IMG/VR virus record: IMGVR_UViG_3300021599_000885
Strand: one strand, 5' to 3'
DNA from: a virus
DNA length: 64,000 bases
Part shown: in pieces, positions 35,959 through 44,096 of the stretch
Numbering within the stretch: position 1 is the stretch's first letter
How the letters are laid out: every line of letters begins with the position of its first letter
The notes under the pieces: generated by a model
Seen by the model: only the letters and a program-made list of their open reading frames with translations
Told to the model about the DNA's origin: nothing
Databases searched by the model: none
Made by a program: the position numbers and the translations under genes

Positions 35959-36038
35959 TTTGAGGAGGGGGGTGTTTGATTTATAAATGTATAATACCAA
36001 AAAGAGCACCTGAAATCAAGTGCCCTTGTGACGGTTCT

Positions 36039-36644
36039 TCAACTGTCCTTTTTTATTTTACGACCAGCAACCCACCCCTCACCAGGACACTCTATCATAA
36101 ATTTACATTTTTTCCCATCACTCCACCACTTTTTACCTTTATTTTTTATTCCACATTTTATTTTAGTTTCTTCTGAATGTTTTTTCCCCAACTTTGAGTT
36201 ACTTATTTTTCTTTTATGCTCTTCTGTTATTGGTTTACCTCTAAAAGCATCACCAACTTTTCTTTTATGTTCTTCTGAAAGTTGTTTTCCCTTTTTTGAT
36301 TGACTAATTTTTCTTCTTACTTCTTCCGAATGTGTTTTTCCAGTAAAAGAACCAATAGTTATTATTCTTCCAGAAACACCATCACCACCATCAGTTTTAT
36401 TATATAAAATACCTGTTCCTAAATCTTTTCTTCCAAAGACAGCAATCATATACTTTTCGTGCTTGAATGCTTCTTCTTCGGTTAAATTTTGTTTGAGAAA
36501 TATTATTCTGGTCTCATCTTTTGGTTTATAACAAGGTCTTCCTCTTTTTTGATATATTCTATATCCAGTCCCTTTACCTATGTAATAAGGTGTTTTATCC
36601 TCACGCAAATATGCATAGGTATAAAATCTGTATGGATTTACCAT
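36039..36644 (-). mobile_element. Free-standing homing endonuclease (GIY-YIG-like plus NUMOD3 repeats)
   Basis: FYTYAY...YYIGKG..R, EEAFKHE and LYN.TDGG; repeated H(S/T)EEx(K/R)xKIS motifs. Confidence 0.85.
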
Positions 36645-36653
36645 AGTTCTACT

Positions 36654-36747
36654 CTTAAACTAACCGCATTAGTATTTATAATACAAAGGAGAGGATTTCT
36701 CCTCTCCAACCTTACGGATTGCGGTCAGTTAAGGCATTACTATTTAG
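36654..36747 (-). promoter_or_regulatory. Late promoter(s) and RNA stem-loop upstream of the homing endonuclease
   Basis: TTAACTGACCGCA...TGCGGTTAGTTTAA inverted repeat enclosing TATAAATA (36673-36680) and a GGAGAGGA/TCCTCTCC hairpin. Confidence 0.65.
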
Positions 36748-37109
36748 TCCTCATCATCTTCGTCATCAAACAAATCTACATCAACACCATCAGTAAGTTG
36801 TTTCAATCTATCAAAGAAATCTTCATCAAGAGGATAAACTTTTTCTTCACCCCTATCAATTCTGTCACACATTTCCATCAGGTACTCAAGAAACTCTTTG
36901 GGATAAGTTTCATCCATATTGATACTACACCAAAACCACTGATAACACTCTTCATATGGGTCATCAGTTGGAAGTAGAGCATAGTCTTTATAGTTTCCAC
37001 TAATGAGGTCTCTCCACATCTTAAAGTTATTCCACATCTCCCTCCAACCAGTTTGGAAGCAGTGACCGAAATAATACTCAACCCAGTTCAGTGTAGTCTT
37101 CTTGCTCAT
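36744..37109 (-). CDS. Hypothetical protein
   Basis: 121-aa ORF. Confidence 0.75.
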   Translation of the reverse strand: MSKKTTLNWVEYYFGHCFQTGWREMWNNFKMWRDLISGNYKDYALLPTDDPYEECYQWFWCSINMDETYPKEFLEYLMEMCDRIDRGEEKVYPLDEDFFDRLKQLTDGVDVDLFDDEDDED

Positions 37110-37356
37110 TGAGTTCCTCCCTATAATCCCATCTCCAAGTGCGTGAAAGAATATCTACATCCAGTCCAAACTTATATGCCCAGAACAGAATGGAGAACAA
37201 ACCATTAGAACCAAATGTGACTTGTAGATAAGGCCAAGATGGATAATCATTCCAACTAACAGATAGTTGAAGCAGTGACCATTTCTTTAGATTTAAAACC
37301 TGAATATAAAAGTCATGCCCAAAGTCATAATGGTGCTTAAATTGAAATAGAGTCAT
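37078..37356 (-). CDS. Hypothetical protein
   Basis: 92-aa coupled ORF. Confidence 0.7.
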   Translation of the reverse strand: MTLFQFKHHYDFGHDFYIQVLNLKKWSLLQLSVSWNDYPSWPYLQVTFGSNGLFSILFWAYKFGLDVDILSRTWRWDYREELNEQEDYTELG

Positions 37357-37745
37357 CGTCCTGTTACATCCTCATAGTCTTGTAGTTTACCATGTTTGAA
37401 GTGAAGTTTCAACCTAGGCCAATCTTCCCATTTACCCTTCCATTGTTCTGGGTATATTTCAATGTATTTTGTAATAATGTGAACAGCAAACTTACCGTGC
37501 TTTCCTGTAGGTATCCACTCATAGTTTAAGAAAAGATGTTTATCATTATATCGTGGATCATCTTTTTCAATAACCTCAAATGTAGAAGTTCCTTTATAAT
37601 CACCACACCACAAATAACCAGCAGGATCTATCCAGAAGTGAGTCATGGTTCCACTATAACCTTCCTCAATATCTTTGGTTTGGTTTATATCCATGAAAGG
37701 TTCTGGTAGGGGATAACTACTCTTCACCCAGTCAAACATTCCCAT
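37353..37745 (-). CDS. Conserved phage hypothetical protein
   Basis: MGMFDWVKSSY...QTKDIE...WIDPAGYL. Confidence 0.8.
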   Translation of the reverse strand: MGMFDWVKSSYPLPEPFMDINQTKDIEEGYSGTMTHFWIDPAGYLWCGDYKGTSTFEVIEKDDPRYNDKHLFLNYEWIPTGKHGKFAVHIITKYIEIYPEQWKGKWEDWPRLKLHFKHGKLQDYEDVTGR

Positions 37746-37760
37746 TAGATTTTCTCCAAA

Positions 37761-37982
37761 TCACAGCAGGTTAGGGCATTTAGTAGCAACAACAGCAAGG
37801 GCAGTGACTTCAATCGCAGGAGATTTGTTAATAACTTTCCTCACATTATTCCCACCAAACTTATCATTTGCTTTGGAATAGGCAATAAGAACAGACTTAA
37901 GAGTATCCATACCCTGTGCTTTCGCAGCACAGAAGTCACCAGCAACAAAATTAAGTAATGTGAGTAGTGTGAGTTCGGTCAT
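37761..37982 (-). CDS. Hypothetical protein
   Basis: 73-aa ORF. Confidence 0.65.
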   Translation of the reverse strand: MTELTLLTLLNFVAGDFCAAKAQGMDTLKSVLIAYSKANDKFGGNNVRKVINKSPAIEVTALAVVATKCPNLL

Positions 37983-38167
37983 TGTCTTAGGTAGTTTGTT
38001 TTTTCTGTATCAAAATAAGTCCATTTTGCTATTTTAAGGCACATCCGAATTGTTTGATGTTCACGAGCATACAATTCCCAGTCACCTTTACACATAGCAT
38101 TGTATCGCCTTTGATAGGCACATTGCCAAACATCACGAAAGATTTTATCTTTTTCAGTCAAAGACAT
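37979..38167 (-). CDS. Hypothetical protein
   Basis: 62-aa ORF. Confidence 0.65.
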   Translation of the reverse strand: MSLTEKDKIFRDVWQCAYQRRYNAMCKGDWELYAREHQTIRMCLKIAKWTYFDTEKTNYLRQ

Positions 38168-38343
38168 ATCTTTTCACCACAAATCCACTGCTTTCCATTA
38201 CGATGGAGTTCATAATAACCAATCCAGTCACGCTTCACATAAAGATAATGTGTGCCGTCTTCTCTCTCACAAATAAAGTCACACTTGTGAGGAGAATAGA
38301 GACGAAGTTCAATTACCTTGTCGTTTTTGTTCAGCATATTCAA
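38158..38343 (-). CDS. Hypothetical protein
   Basis: 61-aa ORF; start uncertain. Confidence 0.6.
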   Translation of the reverse strand: MNMLNKNDKVIELRLYSPHKCDFICEREDGTHYLYVKRDWIGYYELHRNGKQWICGEKICL

Positions 38344-38452
38344 TCACAATTTTCTTGTGCTCTTTATACTTATCAGTTACAAGAACGGTGTAAAGTTTTC
38401 CACCAAGTTCTTCTGCTACTGTTTCCAGCAGGGTTTGTTGTTCAGGAGTCAT
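38309..38452 (-). CDS. Hypothetical protein (47 aa)
   Basis: MTPEQQTLLETVAEELGGKLYTVLVTDK... Confidence 0.6.
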   Translation of the reverse strand: MTPEQQTLLETVAEELGGKLYTVLVTDKYKEHKKIVIEYAEQKRQGN

Positions 38453-38453
38453 A

Positions 38454-38705
38454 TTAAGAAATAGATTTTAAACCGTCAATAACTTCTTGAAACTTATCGG
38501 CACGGGTCTTATGCTCCGCAACATTTTGTCCAAGCACATCCACAATATCGTCCAGGATTACATCCACTGGAGCATCAGTATCAAAGTATTGTTGGATTGC
38601 TTCGGAAAGATATCTCCTCCGACTCCATTCCATACTGTAGGGTTTGTAGTCCATGACGATAGAGTATTTGCTAGGTATTATAGGGTCTTTAATCTTCATT
38701 GTCAA
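38454..38705 (-). CDS. Hypothetical protein
   Basis: YKPYSMEWSRRRYLSEAI; start uncertain. Confidence 0.7.
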   Translation of the reverse strand: MTMKIKDPIIPSKYSIVMDYKPYSMEWSRRRYLSEAIQQYFDTDAPVDVILDDIVDVLGQNVAEHKTRADKFQEVIDGLKSIS

Positions 38706-38934
38706 GCTCTCTCAAGTAATCAGTCCACCAATCAGGATCTTTCTGCATTTTCCAGTTAGGAACATCAAGACCACGCTCAAAATACCACTGCCAGATTGCC
38801 TGCTCAATTATTTCTTTTGTTTCAATAATCTTCGCCTTCCTCATCAGAGTCTCCATATGGGTCTTCCACATAAGGTCCGTGTGGTCGTTTGGCGTCATCT
38901 CTGACATACTTCTGCTCCATATTAACAGTAGCAA
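38689..38934 (-). CDS. Hypothetical protein
   Basis: EQAIWQWYFERG.DVPNWK..KDPDWW; true start probably internal. Confidence 0.6.
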   Translation of the reverse strand: MLLLIWSRSMSEMTPNDHTDLMWKTHMETLMRKAKIIETKEIIEQAIWQWYFERGLDVPNWKMQKDPDWWTDYLRELDNED

Positions 38935-39013
38935 TCCATACTGAGAGTTTCATCACTAACCATATCGTAAAAAGGGGTAAAAAACAGAGTGATAAAATTA
39001 TAACATTTTTCAT
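38822..39013 (-). CDS. Small membrane protein
   Basis: Hydrophobic N-terminus, acidic tail. Confidence 0.65.
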   Translation of the reverse strand: MKNVIILSLCFLPLFTIWLVMKLSVWIATVNMEQKYVRDDAKRPHGPYVEDPYGDSDEEGEDY

Positions 39014-39597
39014 ACAAATACATGCGATATTGCATTAAAACTAACAACTATTCGGTTATCCATACTATTATCAAAGGAACCATGTTTCAACCAACCAGGA
39101 AATAGTATTAGGTCACAATTCTTTGGTTGTATCCAAAAAGTTTCATAGTTGTACCAGTTTCTCTCCAAGTAGAACTGGTTTGAAATATATGGGTTTGGTG
39201 TTGAGAAGTTTAGTTTTCCCCCCTCTTCAGTTATATTTAAGTACAAAGCACCAGAAACTTCAGCATTTGGATGCGTATGATACTTCAATACACTATTAGA
39301 GTTCTGTATATTTGCCCAGGTATTAAAAATCTTAAGAGGTGGCAAACCAAATATCTTACCATACTCATTTACAGACTGCTCTAAACGGTTCAGTAACTGT
39401 TTACCTAAGTCCTTATTGATTTCTTTCTTGTAGTAGTGTGTAGAAGAAGCGTCACCAGACAGTGCTGAATGTTGATGATACTTTGCATTTTTTAGTTTGT
39501 CACACAATCTTACCCTTTCTTCATCATTGATGAAGTTTGAAATATGTGATACTGGAACAGGAAATGCTTCTATCAGTTTCTTGTCTTCGTCATTCAT
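39010..39597 (-). CDS. 2OG-Fe(II) oxygenase
   Basis: WANI...YHTHPN..SGALYL...LILFPGWLKHG...RIVVSFN. Confidence 0.88.
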   Translation of the reverse strand: MNDEDKKLIEAFPVPVSHISNFINDEERVRLCDKLKNAKYHQHSALSGDASSTHYYKKEINKDLGKQLLNRLEQSVNEYGKIFGLPPLKIFNTWANIQNSNSVLKYHTHPNAEVSGALYLNITEEGGKLNFSTPNPYISNQFYLERNWYNYETFWIQPKNCDLILFPGWLKHGSFDNSMDNRIVVSFNAISHVFV

Positions 39598-39794
39598 TCT
39601 TCAATCTCCCAGCATTTTTGGAACTTATCTCTCAACTCATTGATTTTAACATTATGTTGAAACTCCATAATGTGATCTTTTATTTCCTTCTCCTCATCAG
39701 TAAAGTCCATACGATATTTAAGTTTAGTATCAACAAGACGCACCATTTCCATATAGAACTCAGTGCCTTTGTGAATAAACTCTTCGTAGGTCAT
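39594..39794 (-). CDS. Hypothetical protein
   Basis: 66-aa coupled ORF. Confidence 0.7.
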   Translation of the reverse strand: MTYEEFIHKGTEFYMEMVRLVDTKLKYRMDFTDEEKEIKDHIMEFQHNVKINELRDKFQKCWEIEE

Positions 39795-40033
39795 TCAAAC
39801 AAACCGTTATCTTTCATATACTGAAGTGTTTCTTTCATACCACCAACATGCTTAAACCCAATATTAATTTGAGGGTATTCAGCATCAGAACCAAACTCTG
39901 CTTCAAATCCTCTTTGAGTGAAGTGTTGGTTCAACTTATATTCAAGAAACTCACCACCAAGTGCTCTTAAGAGCATACCAATACGCTCACACTCTTGACT
40001 TCCGTTAGAATAAATTACTGCTGTTTCAGTCAC
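39791..40033 (-). CDS. Glutaredoxin-like protein
   Basis: AVIYSNGSQEC...EYPQINIG..HVGG (Grx cis-Pro and GG motifs; single Cys); GTG start after GGAGG. Confidence 0.75.
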   Translation of the reverse strand: MTETAVIYSNGSQECERIGMLLRALGGEFLEYKLNQHFTQRGFEAEFGSDAEYPQINIGFKHVGGMKETLQYMKDNGLFE

Positions 40034-40343
40034 GCTGCCTCCAATCAGTTTCGTCATCGTCTCTCTTAAACCAGTCAAGAAGATCGTCTGGACTATCAAA
40101 ACCACGACGACCAAATCGCTCATGTCCTAAACCACCAATATCAAGTTGGTTCATAAAGTCATCCATATCGTCCATATCAGGATTCTCTGCTCTTCTTCTT
40201 GCCTGACGAAGTATTGTTGCAGCAGAACGATTAGACTTAGCAAGTTTTTCTGCCCAAATCATATCTTCCAAACTCACTTCTTCGTGTAGAACAATCTTCT
40301 CACAAATTGCTTCAAGACGAAGACGATATTGCGTAGAGAGCAT
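40026..40343 (-). CDS. Conserved hypothetical protein
   Basis: MLSTQYRLRLE.IC..I...EEV.LEDMIWA.KL...DWRQRD. Confidence 0.8.
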   Translation of the reverse strand: MLSTQYRLRLEAICEKIVLHEEVSLEDMIWAEKLAKSNRSAATILRQARRRAENPDMDDMDDFMNQLDIGGLGHERFGRRGFDSPDDLLDWFKRDDDETDWRQRD

Positions 40344-40362
40344 ACTTTACTCCTGGTATGGT

Positions 40363-40599
40363 CTATTTATTTTCATCAAAGTATTTCTGTAACTCTTTAG
40401 CGAGTTTCATAGAACGACGCCACATTAGATATTTTACCACAGGATTACGGGGATTGTGCGTAATCCACCACCACTGACGCTGAATGTATGCTTTTGCTAA
40501 CCTATACACATAATAAAAAGCAGCGGCAACGCTCTCATCAGTTACGATGAAATACGCAGCCACTGCGAAAACAAACAGTAGAAATAGTTGATAGTTCAT
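40363..40599 (-). CDS. Membrane-anchored hypothetical protein
   Basis: 78 aa; N-terminal TM helix. Confidence 0.7.
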   Translation of the reverse strand: MNYQLFLLFVFAVAAYFIVTDESVAAAFYYVYRLAKAYIQRQWWWITHNPRNPVVKYLMWRRSMKLAKELQKYFDENK

Positions 40600-40775
40600 G
40601 TACTAAACTCCTCACCTCTACGGGAGTTTAGATACTCAAGAACTTCTTGTCTCCATTCAAGTAACTCATTGTAACACTTTTGGTTGTGAGCACACTGTCT
40701 CAACTCATGGTCTGGTTTCAATACACTTTCAATAAACAATCCAAGAGCATCCTTGCGTTTTTGTTCTTTGTTCAT
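40596..40775 (-). CDS. Hypothetical protein (59 aa)
   Basis: MNKEQKRKDALGLFIESVLKPDHELRQCAHNQKCYNELLEWR. Confidence 0.7.
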   Translation of the reverse strand: MNKEQKRKDALGLFIESVLKPDHELRQCAHNQKCYNELLEWRQEVLEYLNSRRGEEFST

Positions 40776-40802
40776 GAGTTGCTTTCAGTTATAGTATTTA
40801 AA

Positions 40803-41030
40803 CTACTTCTTCTTGGACTTTTTGATTTCCTTAAGAATGTAGCTCTTGGCGGCAGTATAGTTTCGTGCTTCATGAACAACAGAACCATTGTTAATGATAG
40901 CAAAACCTTTAGAACCAATGATGGGAACCGCTGCCCACATTCCATCATTGGTTACATAACCTTCAGGATCTCCTGTCTTTGGGTCAAGAATACCAGGACG
41001 ATCGATGAAAGGTTTTTGAAATTTACCCAT
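40803..41030 (-). CDS. Hypothetical protein
   Basis: 75-aa ORF. Confidence 0.7.
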   Translation of the reverse strand: MGKFQKPFIDRPGILDPKTGDPEGYVTNDGMWAAVPIIGSKGFAIINNGSVVHEARNYTAAKSYILKEIKKSKKK

Positions 41031-41170
41031 TAGAATACAGCGGTAACGCCAATAACTTTAGCATTAGGATTACGGGCAAGTGCTACCTTTCGTGCTTCTT
41101 GATAGTCACGACAGATTACTTCCTCATAGAAGACTTGACCAGCAACAAAGAGTTGAACTCGGCACTTCAT
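41030..41170 (-). CDS. Hypothetical protein (46 aa)
   Basis: MKCRVQLFVAGQVFYEEV...ALARNPNAKVIGVTAVF. Confidence 0.7.
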   Translation of the reverse strand: MKCRVQLFVAGQVFYEEVICRDYQEARKVALARNPNAKVIGVTAVF

Positions 41171-41208
41171 GGTAGTTTCCTTTCGGTGTTGGTATTATAG
41201 CAGAAAAG

Positions 41209-42378
41209 TCAGCGACGCACAACAGATACAGCAGGCAAACCCTGTTGGAAAACGGTGTCTACGACCGCTTGGACGCTCTTGGCGGTGCTGATGCCCACCT
41301 TATCGTAGACAGGCACACAGACGAGTCCAAAGGTCTTCTGAGCGCCTCCAAGACGGATCACACGCCCGATAGACTGAGAGATTCCAATGTAGTCCATGTT
41401 ACGCATAAACAGGACTGCCTCAAGTCCAGAGACATTGATACCTTCAGACAGAATAGAGTGGTGAAGAACCACAAACTTCTTGGAAGGATCTTTGCCCCAA
41501 GCATTCAGGGTATCAAAGAATACTTCACGGTTGACTTTCTGACCGTCAATAACACCACCAGTCTTAGCAGTGATATACATGCAGGAATAACCACGCTCAG
41601 TCAACTCCTTACGGAAGTCAGACTCACTCAGCAGTTTGATAATCTGTTTGGTAGAACGAGCACAGATCAGAATCTTACCCAGATCATTGTCGTCAATAGT
41701 ATCCAGAAGATTCTGAGAGTCACGGTCAGCAATCATCTGTTTGTCCTGAACCATCTCAAGTTGCTTCACAACAACCTTAGGAGGAAGAATGTAACCTTCC
41801 TCAACCAACTTAGGAGCAGGAACATTACAGATGACTTTACCGTAGACTTCTACATCATTCATCCCAGGCTTGGAAACAGTAAGAGAATGCTTAGGAGTAG
41901 CAGTGAAGAAATAGCAGCGGTTAGCAGTAGAAGAGAAGTGCTCCGTAGCAGGGAAAAAGTTACGTTGGACGGAATTGTGCGCTTCATCAAAGTAAATGCA
42001 GTCAACGTTGATGTCCGCCTCTTGAAGACGGGGCAGAGAGTGATAGGTAGTGAAGATCAGTTGCTTGCGATATGCTTGCTTAGACCAGTTGTGAATAATA
42101 GCAGGGCGAGTGCTGCTGAAGTGATGAGTCTCACCACTATGAACGTGCATCACAGCAACATCAGTGTGAAATTCAAGAAACTCAGCAGAGAGTTGCTCGG
42201 CAAGCAGGATACGAGGAGCAACTACAACAATGACTCCAGCATCATAAGCATTCAGATAATCAAGAGAATCCTTGATCATGCACATAGTCTTACCACCGCC
42301 CGTAGGAACGATGATTTGACCCTTCTCAAACGCCAGCATAGCGTCAGTAGCATCCTGCTGGTGGGGACGGAGTTGCAT
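41209..42378 (-). CDS. SF2 DEAD/DEAH-like helicase (type III Res-like)
   Basis: LRPHQ (Q motif), PTGGGKT, FDEAH, FTATP, LSEGIN and QSIGRVIR; start MQLRPH after GAGG. Confidence 0.9.
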   Translation of the reverse strand: MQLRPHQQDATDAMLAFEKGQIIVPTGGGKTMCMIKDSLDYLNAYDAGVIVVVAPRILLAEQLSAEFLEFHTDVAVMHVHSGETHHFSSTRPAIIHNWSKQAYRKQLIFTTYHSLPRLQEADINVDCIYFDEAHNSVQRNFFPATEHFSSTANRCYFFTATPKHSLTVSKPGMNDVEVYGKVICNVPAPKLVEEGYILPPKVVVKQLEMVQDKQMIADRDSQNLLDTIDDNDLGKILICARSTKQIIKLLSESDFRKELTERGYSCMYITAKTGGVIDGQKVNREVFFDTLNAWGKDPSKKFVVLHHSILSEGINVSGLEAVLFMRNMDYIGISQSIGRVIRLGGAQKTFGLVCVPVYDKVGISTAKSVQAVVDTVFQQGLPAVSVVRR

Positions 42379-42524
42379 CACTTCCTCATCGACGATAGAC
42401 TTATTATAGCACGGAGGGGACTCTACCGATGAACCCTGTGCCAGTTTCATAACTGTCCCTTTAAGAGCTCATACTCTCATCTTCAACCGGGACAAAGGTA
42501 GTCTACAGGGTTTTTATGAGTTCG

Positions 42525-42890
42525 TCAAGTGTTTTCTTTCCAGTCACTAATATGACTCAACTCATGCTTAGTTTCCTCATCAAAACTATCAACAATAGTT
42601 TCATATTCATCCTCTGCCCATTTTCTATCTGATTCTTCCCATTTACCTAAGGGACAAGAAGCAGCAGAGAACTTTACTTTAGCAGCAAGAAAGCAACCAC
42701 ATTCTTTACATCTGTGTTGAATATCATCATAGGCAGGACAAGCCCTACAGGTGTTTATTCTTGCTCTCTGGATACCTTCAGACACGGCAACAGATGCTGT
42801 ACCTTCAGCAAATGCTTTTCTTGCTATCTGTAGAGCAAAAGAAGCTAAGTTCTTACCTTGTTGTGATAAAGAAGGATACTCGTTTTCCAT
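42525..42890 (-). CDS. Small 6-Cys (putative Zn-binding) protein
   Basis: RxxxCxxC...CxxCGCF..AKV.....CPxGKW. Confidence 0.75.
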   Translation of the reverse strand: MENEYPSLSQQGKNLASFALQIARKAFAEGTASVAVSEGIQRARINTCRACPAYDDIQHRCKECGCFLAAKVKFSAASCPLGKWEESDRKWAEDEYETIVDSFDEETKHELSHISDWKENT

Positions 42891-42917
42891 TACAAACCAT
42901 CATCTAGTTTATGTATC

Positions 42918-44096
42918 TTACTTCAGACCAAGGTATGCAGAGTCAACTCCATTAGCAGTATCAATAGTATATCCAGAACCTGCTACTGCTCTACCTGCCG
43001 TTCCTCCTAATGTACCTGAAGCACCTGCCAATCCATTTGTGCGGTTTCCGTTAACACCAGTATTTCCAGTATCACCATTTTCACCATTTTGTCCCCAAGT
43101 TCCACCATCTCCACCATCTCCACCTTTTCCACCAGCTCCTGCATTAGTTCCACCAGCAGAACCACCTACACCAGTTCCACCAAATGTTCTGGACTGTAGG
43201 TAACCTTGACCCAATCCGCCATCTGCGCCATCACCGCCAGCACCACCGTCTGTATTAACAGTATAAGATACTGTTCTATCATAGAAACAGCAGAAACATT
43301 CTCCAGGGGTTCCTAATGCTCCACCACAGCAGTTATCTCCATTACCTTGTCTGCCGCTACAATACTGTCCACCGGGGCAACCACAATTACCAGGACCACC
43401 TCTACTATATCCAGTTCCTACTCGTTCTGTATAACTGACAGTATATTGACCTCCACCACCTGTTCCACCATCTCCACCACCTCCGCCGCCACCGCCGCCG
43501 CCGTAGACTTGTGCAGAGGCACCAGAAGTCCTTACAGTAACTGTTCCGGTACTATTTGTGTTGATATAGAGAGCATCACCACCATCTCCACCATTTATCG
43601 TTTCTGTTCCTGCAGATCCTCCATCACCAAGTATTACTCCAGTGATAAGAAGTAATACATTATAAACGGCAGTAGCATTTAGACTTGCTGCTGGTGTTGA
43701 TGTAGTTGTTGACCCACTGGTTCCAGATAAATAAACTCTTTTTTCAATATTATATTGTAAGTTTGAATTCCAGAGTGAGGATGCTGCAATATTTAAGTTT
43801 AAATCTGTGTCAGATCCTTGTGTTAAATCATAATATTTTATAGAATTTCTAAACTGGGATAATTTTAAGTTACTTGATGTTGATATTCCACCACTCAAGG
43901 GTCCAGAAGTTCTATTTTCAGTACAATCTGGAACTATTGGTTCTGCTGTATTAACATTCGTATTTCTTCTAAGTTCAGATGCTTTTATGTTTCCTGATGA
44001 TGTCCTCTTAAAGTTAGTTCTTAGGGAACTAAAAGATATAGATCCAGAAGCATAAAAAGGACCTGTTTCACTTGTTGTCGTTCTTGTTAAAGACAT
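42918..44096 (-). CDS. Gly-rich gp38-like tail fibre adhesin
   Basis: SGSISFSSL N-terminal anchor; GGDGGDAL and YGGGGGGGGG polyglycine motifs; Cys-rich insert. Confidence 0.75.
   Translation of the reverse strand: MSLTRTTTSETGPFYASGSISFSSLRTNFKRTSSGNIKASELRRNTNVNTAEPIVPDCTENRTSGPLSGGISTSSNLKLSQFRNSIKYYDLTQGSDTDLNLNIAASSLWNSNLQYNIEKRVYLSGTSGSTTTSTPAASLNATAVYNVLLLITGVILGDGGSAGTETINGGDGGDALYINTNSTGTVTVRTSGASAQVYGGGGGGGGGGDGGTGGGGQYTVSYTERVGTGYSRGGPGNCGCPGGQYCSGRQGNGDNCCGGALGTPGECFCCFYDRTVSYTVNTDGGAGGDGADGGLGQGYLQSRTFGGTGVGGSAGGTNAGAGGKGGDGGDGGTWGQNGENGDTGNTGVNGNRTNGLAGASGTLGGTAGRAVAGSGYTIDTANGVDSAYLGLK

Larger units (their letters stand above)
17595..42460 (-). promoter_or_regulatory. Family of 17 dispersed 24-bp palindromic boxes (consensus about TGTGACAGTT-N4-AACTG(G/T)CACA) upstream of early -10 elements
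   Basis: Copies start at 17595, 17922, 18128, 18686, 18881, 19469, 19725, 20252, 20354, 23591, 24876, 25511, 25764, 27042, 27652, 36027 and 42437. Spacing to a TANNNT-type -10 is 28-30 bp (only a weak -10 for 20354). Confidence 0.85.

Noticed and set aside
36039-36747. Group I intron around the endonuclease
   Set aside because: The flanking genes are separate ORFs and there is no room for an intron core; the gene is free-standing.
41245-42432. 395-aa plus-strand ORF
   Set aside because: Antisense shadow of the helicase gene, with no motifs, SD or promoter. The same applies to the plus-strand ORFs at 16994, 19044, 23912 and 27840.
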